A stretch of DNA of 64,000 bases from an uncultured archaeon (lineage in GTDB: Archaea; Thermoproteota; Nitrososphaeria; Nitrososphaerales; Gagatemarchaeaceae), in the NCBI GenBank assembly GCA_963799775.1, contig CAWCYD010000003.1:1440001-1504000 (forward strand). Direction: 5' to 3'. The stretch's first letter is position 1; every line of letters starts with the position of its first letter. Below the pieces are notes generated by a model. It did no database searches. It was not told where the DNA came from and saw nothing but the letters and a program-made list of their open reading frames with translations. Below, piece after piece: positions 41,954 to 51,959 of this stretch. The position numbers were made by a program, and so were the translations under genes.

Positions 41954-42172
41954 TAGGCTCAGCAGGGATAGCTCGGGATTGTACCTTCCTCGCGATCCTC
42001 GGATGACTCCCGACACTTGACCCAGGGGCAATTTCACGATACTAGAGACCTCCGCCTGCGCAAGCCAGCTGCTCGGTCTTTTCCGAAACACCTGGAGCAC
42101 TACGCGCCTGTCTCGACTACTAAGAGCCTCCCTCAGTCTCGATAACCTGATGTCCCGCTCATCAGATGTCAC
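41819..42172 (-). CDS. Winged-helix regulator, EarA/DUF1495-like
   Basis: L.S..RR.VL, AEVS..V....QV.G.IRG..GRYN.ELSLL.LGLIE, as in the EarA family. Confidence 0.65.
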   Translation of the reverse strand: MTSDERDIRLSRLREALSSRDRRVVLQVFRKRPSSWLAQAEVSSIVKLPLGQVSGVIRGSRGRYNPELSLLSLGLIEQRETGSGKTKRRAYRFSAQNQSTLDMIDHILKRYQVEEEP

Positions 42173-42608
42173 GATGCTTCAGTCATGCGGAGTGTTTTTG
42201 GGTCGGGGAGATATTTGCGCATTTGAGCATTCTCACGAAAATTGCTGTGTAATTTTCTTCTAATATCCAAGATTTTGACTTCTTCCACTCCCCGGCATGA
42301 CCAGTCAGGGAAGTGAACGCGGCGAGTCACATCCCCTAAGAAGGAAATCTGAACTCCACTTGCCATGGTCGACTAGCGGTTGCGTCCTCGCTGAGAGGGG
42401 TCGACCAAGCTCGAATTTGGTTGTTCTTTTGACCTGTCGGTGGATAAAGGGGGCTGTCAAGCACCGGGTGATGAAATGAAGGTTCTGCTTGTCGCGGTAG
42501 TAGCGATTGCCTTGATTCTGCTTCCGTCCGTCTTTTGCCGCCTTGCACAAGGAAATGTTCTAAGGTATAGAACTATTAAGATAAATCCAGCAATGACAGG
42601 ATGATAAC

Positions 42609-43157
42609 ATGCTGTCCCAGCACAATCGCGACAAGACCATTCCTATCGCCATTGTTGTTATCGCCGCTCTCATAGTTGGTGCAGTAAGCCTTGTCTTGCT
42701 TGCCCCACAGTCAAACAGATCAGCGTCATCCAGCTCGTCAACTACGGGCACAAGCTATGCGACGTGCGCGGTAAACTTCATGGGCAATGGCACATTCCTG
42801 CAAATCATCTCGGAATCGACTCAACAACCACTGACGGGCGTCTCGCTTCATGTGTCACCTGTGGCTAACGGTGACTGTTACGTTGCACAGAATCCTGCCA
42901 CGTACAACACGAACTCGTCTGGATGGGTTTCTCTGGGAGCCCTACCAGGTGGCGCCCACTTTCTGGTGTCGTTGGAATATGCAGGCACAAGCTACAACTT
43001 CTCGATACCGCAGCAATCCCTCGATGTATCTTATGCTACGCTCAGACTGCCTTCGGGAAACCTCAGTGTGACATTGTGCCTGACACTCGATACACCCCCC
43101 AGCTTTGAACCCTACAATCAGACGGGAATCGTTTCGACAACCACTGGGGTGAAGTGA
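42609..43157 (+). CDS. Membrane-anchored extracellular protein (carboxypeptidase-regulatory/transthyretin-like fold)
   Basis: N-terminal TM, S/T linker, QPLTGVSL..YNTNSSGWV..LRLPSG. Confidence 0.65.
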   Translation: MLSQHNRDKTIPIAIVVIAALIVGAVSLVLLAPQSNRSASSSSSTTGTSYATCAVNFMGNGTFLQIISESTQQPLTGVSLHVSPVANGDCYVAQNPATYNTNSSGWVSLGALPGGAHFLVSLEYAGTSYNFSIPQQSLDVSYATLRLPSGNLSVTLCLTLDTPPSFEPYNQTGIVSTTTGVK

Positions 43158-43237
43158 AGTTTCTGCTCATTATTGGAATGGCGATTCTCTCGGTACGAGC
43201 TGACATGAGGTGAATCTCAGACGATAATCTCTAGTGA

Positions 43238-43597
43238 CTAGCCGAGCTTGGCTTCAATTCTTTCCATCATTGCCCTGATGTCGGCGATGTCCCGCCCTTG
43301 ATTCAAGAGGGCCACGGCCACGACCTCCCGTCTGACTTCTCTGACCTCGCCGATGATTCTGTCCATTCCGCTCTCAATCCCTCCGATCAGTTTGTCCGAC
43401 CTATAGACTCCCATGTCAAGCTTCCCCATTCCTTTCTCGAGGTGCTCTATTCCCTTCTCCATTCTTGACATGCTGATGCCCCGCCGGTGCAGTAGGAGCA
43501 CAGTCAGGTCTTGTGAGGTCAACTTCTTTTTCGAGGCTATCCTCTGAACGCCTTTGGAGATGCGGTCCGAAACCGGTTCTTCTTTCAAGTCTGCCAT
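43238..43597 (-). CDS. Coiled-coil hypothetical protein
   Basis: Heptad repeats MEKGIEH/LEKGMGK/LDMGVYR/IESGMDR. Confidence 0.55.
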   Translation of the reverse strand: MADLKEEPVSDRISKGVQRIASKKKLTSQDLTVLLLHRRGISMSRMEKGIEHLEKGMGKLDMGVYRSDKLIGGIESGMDRIIGEVREVRREVVAVALLNQGRDIADIRAMMERIEAKLG

Positions 43598-43607
43598 CTT
43601 CCCGCGC

Positions 43608-43979
43608 CTACCCTCGCGTGAAAGCGTATTCGATGAATCTTGCAGGTTCTAGCTTCTGCGTCACTGGGTTGACCTTCAACCTGAAAATCTCGAGCGTTGT
43701 GAGACCCAAGAGCGGTTCCTCGCCATCTGGCCCAATCATTAGAGGAATTGTGTTCTCGAATCCATTTAGTTCCGCGACGGCTTCAGATACTTCACGTTCA
43801 ATGACCCTCCCATCAGCCAACTCTACTTCGGCCTTGTAGCGGGATTTGATGCCGATCTTTGTTGCTGCGGACGAAGGTATCTTCGTCAGCGTCGAACCCG
43901 TATCGACGAGCATCTCGATTTCGGCGTCGCCTTTTGGACCGAGAAGTCGCAGAGAAACGCGTGTCTCGCCCATCTTCAT
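43608..43979 (-). CDS. Retropepsin-like aspartic protease (clan AA)
   Basis: LVDTGST, LADG, PLLG.T.LE, VNPV...L. Confidence 0.88.
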   Translation of the reverse strand: MKMGETRVSLRLLGPKGDAEIEMLVDTGSTLTKIPSSAATKIGIKSRYKAEVELADGRVIEREVSEAVAELNGFENTIPLMIGPDGEEPLLGLTTLEIFRLKVNPVTQKLEPARFIEYAFTRG

Positions 43980-44042
43980 TATCCGCGTAGAAGATTGACG
44001 GCTGATATAAGCGACTCCGTCGGAACTACACCGCTACAGCCG

Positions 44043-44996
44043 CTATGCCCTCTCTGCGGTGGTGTAGATCGACGGCGTGCTCGCGTAGGAGAGCCAAGGC
44101 TCGTACTTGGCGATCTTCCCGTGGATCGCGTCCAAGTAGGTCTGCTGGATCTTCCTCGTAATCGGGTACTTGCCGTTGCCTATCATCCTGTTGTCGACCT
44201 CCCTGATGGGCGTCACGTTCGCCGCGGTGCCGCAGAGGAAGAGCTCGTCTGCAGTGAACATGTCCTCACGCAGAAAGTCCTCTTCCTTGAACGGGATGCC
44301 GTTGTCCTTTGCTATCTGGATTATCGATTCCCTCGTGATTCCCTCTAGGACGCCTGCTGCCTTTGTGGGGGTCGTTAGGATGCCGTCCTTGACCCTGAAG
44401 ATGTTTTCCCCAGAGCCCTCGGCCACCAGGCCCCCTGTCGTCAGGAGTATCGCCTCGTCGAAGCCGGCAGAGAGCGCGTCCATCTTCGCGAGGATGGAGT
44501 TCGCGTAGTTGGCCGAGCACTTTGCATGTGGAGGAAGCGTCCTCGGGTCAATCCTGGACCAGCTGGAGACCGTGCACCTGATGCCCTTGTCCATGCCCTC
44601 GTCTCCAAGGTAGGAGCCCCACTCCCAGGCGCTTATCGCGCCGATGACCTTGTTCTTGAGCGGGTTCACGCCCATCTCGCCATAGGAGCTGAACACGATG
44701 GGGCGCACGTAGCAGTCTTTGAGGCCGTTCTCCTTCACCAAGTTCAGGCACGCCTGGACGAGCTGCTCCTCGGTGTACGGGAGATGCATCCTGTATGCCT
44801 TGGCTCCGTTCGCAAGGCGCTTGATGTGCTCCTTTAAGCGGAATATCGCAGGTTCCTTTGGCGTCGAGTTGCACCTTATTCCCTCGAAGATGGCGTAACC
44901 ATAGTGGAGGGCGTGGGTCAGGACGTGGACGTTTGCCTCGTCCCAGTCCACCAGCGCGCCGTCAAACCATATTTTCTTGGTCGGTTTCAATGCCAT
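44043..44996 (-). CDS. ilvE: Branched-chain amino acid aminotransferase
   Basis: HALHYG..FEGIR, AK..ANY, EGSGENIF, LEGITR, GTAA. Confidence 0.95.
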   Translation of the reverse strand: MALKPTKKIWFDGALVDWDEANVHVLTHALHYGYAIFEGIRCNSTPKEPAIFRLKEHIKRLANGAKAYRMHLPYTEEQLVQACLNLVKENGLKDCYVRPIVFSSYGEMGVNPLKNKVIGAISAWEWGSYLGDEGMDKGIRCTVSSWSRIDPRTLPPHAKCSANYANSILAKMDALSAGFDEAILLTTGGLVAEGSGENIFRVKDGILTTPTKAAGVLEGITRESIIQIAKDNGIPFKEEDFLREDMFTADELFLCGTAANVTPIREVDNRMIGNGKYPITRKIQQTYLDAIHGKIAKYEPWLSYASTPSIYTTAERA

Positions 44997-45039
44997 CTAC
45001 AGTCAGCTCGAGAGGCGTGGAAAAGGCCCTAGTAGGCTA

Positions 45040-46085
45040 TTAGCGTATCGCTTCTGAGATGGCCCTTGCCACTTGGGTAGTAGTGGCCTTGCCCCCGAGG
45101 TCCGGCGTCCTTGTCCCCTTGCTGAGCACTTCGTTCACCGCCTCCCTCACTGCGGCAGCCCCTCTAGAGCAGCGGGCGACGTCCCTCGTCTTCGCAAGCC
45201 AATCCAGCATCATGGCGACTGTGAGGATCATCGCTACTGGGTTCGCAATCCCCTTCCCGGCGATGTCCGGGGCCGCCCCGTGGACGGGCTCGAATAGGGC
45301 GAAGCGCTCACCAATGTTGGCGGAAGGCGTCATGCCCAGCCCACCCACGAGCTGGGCGGCCTCGTCGGAGAGGATGTCCCCGTAGAGGTTGGTCGTGACT
45401 ATGACGTCGAAGGATAGCGGGTGCCCTGATCAGGTTCATCGCCGCCGAGTCCACCAGCATCTCGCTGAAGGAGACCTTCGGGTAGCCCTTGGAAACGTCT
45501 CTGCAAACCTGCGCAAACAGGCCGTCGCTCTTCCTGAGGACGTTCGACTTGTGGACTGCGACGACCTTTCGAGCGCCTGCCCTCTGCATGGCCATCTCGA
45601 ACGCGTACTTTGCTATCCTCTCGGAGGCTGCCTTGGTTATCGTTCTGAGTGCGACCACCCCGCCCGGGAAGTCGAACTCCTGCCCCTTGTAGAGGTCCAT
45701 CGGTGTTCTCCCTCACGATCACCATGTCGATGCCCGGCTTGAGCGAAGGGACGTTGGGAAGGCTCTTCGCAGGCCTGATGTTGGCGTAGAGGTCGAGCAT
45801 CTGCCTGAGCTTCACGATGACGTCCGCAGCCGTCTCCCCCACGGGGGCCTTGAGGCAGGCGTCAGATTCGCGGATTGATTTCAATGAGGAATCAGGAAGT
45901 GGGACTCCGGTCTTCTTCTTGCAGTTGTCTCCGGCAGGGGACTCGACGACTGAGAACCCGAGGCCCAGCTTGTCCTCGAGCGCGTCGAGGACGAGGAGCG
46001 AGGCCTTGGATATCTCGGGGCCTACACCGTCCCCCTCGATGAGGGCGATGGAGTACTTTTTCTTCGAGCCTTGCTGCTTTGGCAA
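45040..46085 (-). CDS. leuB: 3-isopropylmalate dehydrogenase; frameshifts near 45699 and 45420
   Basis: [52 protein letters not shown]; located in the leu operon. Confidence 0.9.
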
Positions 46086-46091
46086 GCCGTT

Positions 46092-46625
46092 CTAAGAAGA
46101 GGCCCTCATCGGCACAGCTTTTAGCTTCTGCCGGAGTCTCTCCTTGACCATCCCGAGGAACCCGCCCCTGTTCATCGACTCGATGGCCGCGTCAGTCGCG
46201 ACGATCGGATATTCGAGCCCTGTGGTGACGTCTTTGAGATTCCTCGCCTCGAGGTCTATCAGGAGCTCGTCGCCGACAGCGATCTTGCTCGTGTCGCTCA
46301 CCTGGATCGGCAGCAGGCCGTTGTTGAGGCAGTTTCGGAAGAATATGTCGGGGAAGCTCTGGGCCACGACGGCGACGACGTTGTTGTATTTTATCGCGTA
46401 GACCGCCTGCTCCCTCGAGCTGCCGCAGCCGAAGTTGTTCGCCCCCACGACGATGCTCTCCTTGTTCGCCCTGCAGGTCGGCCCGAAGGTCGGGTCGTAG
46501 CCCTCGAACGCATGGTCGGCGAAGAACTGCTTGTCCCAGCTCTCCTGGAGGATGTAGGCGGGGATGATGTAGTCGGTGTTGATGTCGTCCCCGAACTTCT
46601 TGGCCACTTTTCCCCTCATCTGCAA
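46092..46625 (-). CDS. leuD: 3-isopropylmalate dehydratase small subunit
   Basis: DDINTDYIIP, NFGCGSSREQA, IFFRNCLNNG. Confidence 0.93.
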   Translation of the reverse strand: MQMRGKVAKKFGDDINTDYIIPAYILQESWDKQFFADHAFEGYDPTFGPTCRANKESIVVGANNFGCGSSREQAVYAIKYNNVVAVVAQSFPDIFFRNCLNNGLLPIQVSDTSKIAVGDELLIDLEARNLKDVTTGLEYPIVATDAAIESMNRGGFLGMVKERLRQKLKAVPMRASS

Positions 46626-46628
46626 GTC

Positions 46629-47957
46629 TCAGTTCACACCTGATGGCAGATACTTCCTCGGGTCTGCGATCCTCCCCTCGATGGCCGTCGCGGCGGCCAG
46701 GGCGGGGACCACGAGATAGATGAAAGCCTCCGGCGAGCCCATCCTCCCCTTGTAGTTGCGGTTGCTCGTGCTCAGGCACCTGTCGCCGGGGGCGAGGATG
46801 CCCATGTGCTTGCCGAAGCAAGGGCCGCAGTTGGAGGACTCGATGTTCGCGCCCGCGTCGGCGAAGACCTTCAGGAGCCCGTTGTCCATCGCCCAGTTGT
46901 AGACGCGCCTGCTGGCGGGGATGACGATGAGGTTCGTGTTCGGGCTGACCTTCCTCCCCTTCAGGATCTTCGCGGCTATAGTGAGGTCCGCCTCGCGCGC
47001 GTTGGCACAGGAACCCAGGAAGACCGTGCTTATCGGGTCGCTCACCTCTGAGACGGGCTTTGCGTTCGCAGGGGAGTGGGGCAGGGAGACCGTGGGCTCC
47101 ACCGCGGAGGCGTCGATCTCGACGATCCTAGAGAAGTTGGCGTCGGCGTCGCTCTTGGCCATCATCCCTCGCATCTCGTCTGTCATCGGCATGCGCCTTC
47201 GCGCGAGCGCCTCGTTGACGTAAGAGAGCGTCGTGGCGTCCGGGTTGATTATCGCAGTCCTCGCGCTCATCTCCACGGAGAGGTTGCAGATCGTGAACCT
47301 CCCCTCCATGTCGAGGGCATCGATGGTCGGCCCCGTGTATTCGGCGACGCGCTTCGATGACCCGCCCTCGCCCATCATCCCGAGGATGTGTAGGACGAGG
47401 TAGTTGGCGTAGACGCCTCTCTGGAACTTGCCGCTCACCTTGAACTTGATCGTCTCCGGGACTGTAAACGAGTAGAGCTCGCCCGTCGCCAGGAGGTTCT
47501 CGCCCTCTGTGGTCCCAATCCCGAAGGCGAGGGAGCCTAGGGCGCCCTGGGTGCAGGTGTGCGAGTCGGTCGCGACAGCGATCTCCCCGGGAAGGACGAA
47601 CGCCTCCTCGGAGGCTATGGTGTGCTCGATCCCGTCGCCCTCCTTGTACATGGCTATCCCCTGGTCCTTCGCAAAGTCGGCCATCAGGCGGATGCCCTGG
47701 CTCACCTTGATGGAGCAGGAGGGGACCGTGTGGTCGGGCATGAATGCTATCCTCGAGGGGTTGAAGACCTGCATCTTCTTCCCGGACTCTGTGAAGACGT
47801 CCTCAAAGTCCTTCTCGAAGTTGAGGATGGCTGGTGGGCCTATTACCTCGTTGAAGTAGAGCTTGTCGACTGGAAGGGCCTCGATTACGTCCCCGGCCTT
47901 CGCCTTCTTCCCGATCGCACGGGAGACTATCTTCTCGGTGATGGTCGCGCCTGGCAT
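46629..47957 (-). CDS. leuC: 3-isopropylmalate dehydratase large subunit
   Basis: DH, DSHTCT, GSC.N, CGPCFG, STSNRNYKGRMG. Confidence 0.93.
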   Translation of the reverse strand: MPGATITEKIVSRAIGKKAKAGDVIEALPVDKLYFNEVIGPPAILNFEKDFEDVFTESGKKMQVFNPSRIAFMPDHTVPSCSIKVSQGIRLMADFAKDQGIAMYKEGDGIEHTIASEEAFVLPGEIAVATDSHTCTQGALGSLAFGIGTTEGENLLATGELYSFTVPETIKFKVSGKFQRGVYANYLVLHILGMMGEGGSSKRVAEYTGPTIDALDMEGRFTICNLSVEMSARTAIINPDATTLSYVNEALARRRMPMTDEMRGMMAKSDADANFSRIVEIDASAVEPTVSLPHSPANAKPVSEVSDPISTVFLGSCANAREADLTIAAKILKGRKVSPNTNLIVIPASRRVYNWAMDNGLLKVFADAGANIESSNCGPCFGKHMGILAPGDRCLSTSNRNYKGRMGSPEAFIYLVVPALAAATAIEGRIADPRKYLPSGVN

Positions 47958-47978
47958 GAGATTCTTTCCTCTTTTCGC

Positions 47979-49538
47979 CTAGACCCCTTCCACCGCTGTC
48001 TGCTCTCCCTTGGCGGCGAAGGAGGTCGACGGCTGGGCCTGGAGTTTCATCGCCATGAGCGCGTTTATTCCGTTCACTATGGCTTCGACGCTGGCTACGA
48101 CGATGTCCCTCTTCAACCCGCGCCCAGAGGCGACCAAACCAGTGCTGTCCTCGACCTTGACGGAGACGTCGGCGACGGCTTGGGAGTCGCCTGTAAGCGC
48201 CTCGAGCCTGTATTCCTTGAGCTTCACTATGTCGATCGTGCTGAATATCTTCTGGATGGCGTTCACCGCGGCGTCGACAGGCCCTGACCCGACGTCCGTC
48301 GCCTCGTGCAGCTGGCCTCTGATGAGGAGCTTCACGGTGGCGCTAGGGAGGCGCTTTATCCCGGTGACGACCTCGAGGCCCTCGAGCTCGACGATGTCCG
48401 CCGTCTCTGCCTTGCCACCGCCCATTATCTGAATTGCGAGCTGGTAGAGGTCGCTGTCGGTAGTGCTCCTCCCCTGGTCGCCCATCTCCTTCACCTTCTC
48501 CACGATGAGCCTCAGGCTGTCCTCCTTCGGCTTCAGGCCCATCCCTCTCAGCTGGTAGGCGATCCCGTGCCTCCCAGCGTGCTTGCCGGCCTGGAGCCAC
48601 CTTGTCCTGCCCACCATCGCCGGGTCGAAGGGCTCGTAGGTGGACGGGTTGCTGAGTATCCCATGGGTGTGGATCCCGGACTCATGCCCGAAAGCGTTGT
48701 CGCCGACTATGGCCTTGTTCGGCTGGATCATGACGCCCGTCAGGGTTGAGACCAGACGCGACGTCTCGTAGAGAAGCGAGTAGTTGATGTTCGTCCTCAG
48801 CGCGTAGAGGTTGAAGCACCCCATCACGAACTCCTCGAGCGAGGTATTCCCCGACCTCTCGCCGATGCCGTTTATCGTGAGGTGCGCCTGGTCTGCCCCC
48901 GCGACGACACCGGCCAGGCTGTTCGCGACTGCCAGACCGTAGTCATTGTGGCAGTGGACGCTGATCATCGCGTCGGAGACGGAGCGTGCGGCCTGGACGT
49001 ATTCCGTTATCTTCTGGGGCGTCGCTATCCCGACGGTGTCGGGGATGTCGAAGCGGTCGATCCCAGCGTCGGTGACGGTCTTTACGACCTGCTTGAAGAA
49101 CGGGATCTCCGTGCGCGTCGCGTCCTCTGCAGAGAACTCGACCTTGACGCCGAAAGTCTTCGCGTAGCGGACCATGTCCGCCGACTGCTTGAGCATCTGC
49201 TCCCTCGTCATGTGGAGCTTGTGTTGGAGGTGGATGTCTGAGGATGCGAGGAAGACGTGGACGCCCTTCACGCCGCAGTTGATCGCCGTGTCGATGTCGA
49301 GCTTCTCGGCCCTTGCCAGGCCCGAGACCTCCGCCTTGAGGCCTGCCTTCGCTATCCTTCGGACGCCCTCCTGCTCGCCCTTCGATGTGATAGGGAAACC
49401 TGCCTCTATGACGTCGACGCCGAGCTTGTCGAGGGCCTCCGCTATCTCCAGCTTCTCGTCGGGTGTCAGCGAGACTCCGGGAGTCTGCTCCCCGTCTCGG
49501 AGCGTCGTGTCGAGCACGCGGATTATCCTCTCGGTCAT
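47979..49538 (-). CDS. leuA: 2-isopropylmalate synthase
   Basis: DTTLRDGEQ, HCHND, GIGERSGN, HESGIH, G.GPVDA regulatory domain. Confidence 0.92.
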   Translation of the reverse strand: MTERIIRVLDTTLRDGEQTPGVSLTPDEKLEIAEALDKLGVDVIEAGFPITSKGEQEGVRRIAKAGLKAEVSGLARAEKLDIDTAINCGVKGVHVFLASSDIHLQHKLHMTREQMLKQSADMVRYAKTFGVKVEFSAEDATRTEIPFFKQVVKTVTDAGIDRFDIPDTVGIATPQKITEYVQAARSVSDAMISVHCHNDYGLAVANSLAGVVAGADQAHLTINGIGERSGNTSLEEFVMGCFNLYALRTNINYSLLYETSRLVSTLTGVMIQPNKAIVGDNAFGHESGIHTHGILSNPSTYEPFDPAMVGRTRWLQAGKHAGRHGIAYQLRGMGLKPKEDSLRLIVEKVKEMGDQGRSTTDSDLYQLAIQIMGGGKAETADIVELEGLEVVTGIKRLPSATVKLLIRGQLHEATDVGSGPVDAAVNAIQKIFSTIDIVKLKEYRLEALTGDSQAVADVSVKVEDSTGLVASGRGLKRDIVVASVEAIVNGINALMAMKLQAQPSTSFAAKGEQTAVEGV

Positions 49539-50012
49539 CGCAACGCGCTCTCCTTTGGTAGGGCAGCCGTGCCGGTTCTCGCGATGTCGAGGACGTTCAC
49601 CCCCAACCTGTCCACGAACTCGTCAATCTGCTTGACGGACCCTACTATCTCGGCTACCACGGAGTGCTGAGACGAGTCTACTATCCTGCAACCCGAGTTC
49701 CTTTGGATCTCCGCAACGGAAATCTTGTCCGTGTTTATCTTCACAAGCGCGAGCTCTCTCGCTGTGACCTCCTCGGGGCCATAGGTGTGCGCCTCGAGGA
49801 TGTCTATGACTTTCATCAACTGCCTGGCCACGTGCTCGACGGCGGCGTCGTCCCCGCTGAGGGTCATGGTCATCCGGCATTCCTTGCCTCCGCTGCTCAC
49901 GCCTAGCGTGAGGCCCTCGATGTTGAGGCGCATCAGCCTCACTAGGTGCACCACCCGGAAAAGAGTCCCGGGCTTGTTCTCAACCAAGGCAGATAGGACT
50001 TTCGAGGAGCAT
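49535..50012 (-). CDS. ilvN: Acetohydroxyacid synthase small (ACT) subunit; start uncertain
   Basis: VENKPGTLFRV, NIEGL, RELALVKI, IARTG. Confidence 0.88.
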
Positions 50013-50014
50013 CG

Positions 50015-51742
50015 TCAAAAGACCGCCATCTCCTTTGGCGAGCCGTAGACGGTGTCCTTGATCCCCTTGCCTGGAGGGAGGAATGGGAAGACGTCCTCCT
50101 CGGGCGATACGGGGCACTCGATCACCATCGGACCGTCGAGCGTGAGGCCCTCGCGCATCGCCTTTGCGAACTCGTCGAGCGACCCCACCGTCTTCGCGTG
50201 GGCGCCGTAGGCCTCGGAGAGCTTGACAAAGTCCGGGATGTTCGGGAACTTTATCCCGATGTAGCGCCTGTTGTACATGATCCTCTGCCACTGCTCGACC
50301 ATCCCCAAGCTCCTGTCGTTGATGATCACCGAGATTATCGGGAGGTGGTGCTCTACCGCTGTCGCGAGGGCCTGCTCCGTCATGACGAAGCTCCCGTCGC
50401 CGTCGAAGTCGACCACTGGGACGTCGGGCCTGGCGAACTTGGCGCCCACTGCTGCGGGAAGACCGAACCCCATCGTCCCCAGCCCCGTGGAAGTGATCCA
50501 CGTCCTCGGCCTCAGCACCTTGTAGTGGATCTCGCACCACATCTGGTGCCTGCCGACGCCCGTGGTGAGGATGGCCTCGGGAGGCAGGATGTCCCTGAGC
50601 TTCTTGACTATCGTTGGGCCTGAGAGGTCCGCGTAGGTGTTCTTGTAGGCGGGGATCCCCTTCATCTCCTCCCTCACCTCGTTGACGCGCTTCAACCACG
50701 GGTTGTTGTTCGGGTCACTTGCTCTTGGACAGTCGCCTCGCGACCGAGTCGAAGAGCATCCCCATGACTATGTTTGCGTCGCCCAGTATCGAGAGGTCCA
50801 CCACCTTGTTCTTGTTGAACTCGGTCGGGTCGGCGTCGATGTGGATTATCTTGGCGCCAGGGGCGAACTCGGCGAAGTTCCCGGTCGAGCGGTCGGAGAA
50901 CCTCACGCCCACCGCGACCAGGAGGTCGCACTCTGAGACGAGCTTGTTCGCCTCGGCCCTCCCGTGCATCCCGATGGGGCCCAGTGAGAGCGGATGATCC
51001 TCTGGGAAGTCGCCCTTGCCTTGGAGCGTCGTGATGACGGGCGCCATCAGAAGCTCGGCGAGCGCCCCGAAGGGCTGGGCCGCGTCCGCGATCCTCACCC
51101 CGCCTCCGCCCCACAGGATGGGCCTCTCTGCCTTGACAATCATCTCGGCCGCGCGCTCCACGTCCGTCGCGTCCACGGGGACGTTGGGCCTGTAGGCGCG
51201 GACGGTGACTGAGTCGGGGAAGGTCATCTCCGCCTCTTCCTGCTGGACGTCCTTCGGAAGGTCCACGAGGACGGGTCCGGGCCGCCCGGTAGTCGCGATG
51301 TAGAAGGCCTCCTTAACGGCGAAGGGGCACTTCCGCGGGGGAGAGGGGCTGTAGAGTGTACTTGGTGACAGGCGTGGCTATCCCGATGACGTCGGTCTCT
51401 TGGAAGGCGTTCTTACCTGTCATCGCCTTGGGCACCTGGCCTGTGATCGCCACCATCGGGGAGGAGTCGGCGTACGCGGTCGCTATCCCTGTGATGAGGT
51501 TCGTCGCGCCAGGCCCTGAAGTCGCCGTGCAGACTCCCGCCTTGCGTGAGACCCTGCCGTAGGCGTCGGCCATGTGGGCGGCCAGCTGCTCGTGCCTCGT
51601 CAGGATGTGCTTGATCTTCGAGTCCCAGAGCGCGTCGTAGAGAGGAAGGCTCGCGCCTCCGGGCATGCCGAAGATGTACTCTACCTTCTCCCTCTCGAGG
51701 GGCCTCCACCGTAGCCCGTGCGCCAGACATCTTGCTTGCCAT
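50015..51742 (-). CDS. ilvB: Acetohydroxyacid synthase large subunit; frameshifts near 51700, 51325 and 50717
   Basis: [46 protein letters not shown]. Confidence 0.94.
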
Positions 51743-51773
51743 TCTATGCAATCACCAGAAATTCGAAACGCTT

Positions 51774-51811
51774 GTTGCCTCGCAAACACAAAACACCGTG
51801 TGGCGAGGAAC
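51774..51811 (-). promoter_or_regulatory. Hairpin between the leader ORF stop and the ilvB ribosome-binding site
   Basis: Minus strand GTT-CCTCGC-CACA...TGTG-TTT-GCGAGG-C-AAC. Confidence 0.6.
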
Positions 51812-51895
51812 CTAGACTAAAACTAAGAATGCAACTGTCGAGTTGTCGAGTGAGATGCCTCCTTGACTCGAACCGAGAGTGCTAATTCGTTGCAT
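51812..51895 (-). CDS. Putative ilv-leu leader peptide [27 protein letters not shown]
   Basis: ATG 21-32 nt downstream of the TTAAATATAAG box (51916-51927); ends GTT GCA TTC TTA GTT TTA GTC TAG. Confidence 0.55.
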   Translation of the reverse strand: MQRISTLGSSQGGISLDNSTVAFLVLV

Positions 51896-51959
51896 TTAAT
51901 TCCCTGCAACCCAGACTTATATTTAAGAGTTGGTCGGCGACCGACGTAGCGACGTCAAC

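Larger units (their letters stand above)
36300..44000. other. Lower-GC accessory island of secreted proteins and regulators
   Basis: Visibly AT-richer than the flanks; gene remnants and an internal duplication; no integrase or tRNA seen; boundaries approximate. Confidence 0.7.

Noticed and set aside
42330-42480. Possible tRNA or structured RNA (GGTCGAC..GTCGACC stem)
   Set aside because: No cloverleaf or T-loop; a single stem is insufficient
36300-44000. Island as a provirus or transposon
   Set aside because: No integrase, transposase, capsid gene, tRNA or att/terminal repeats seen
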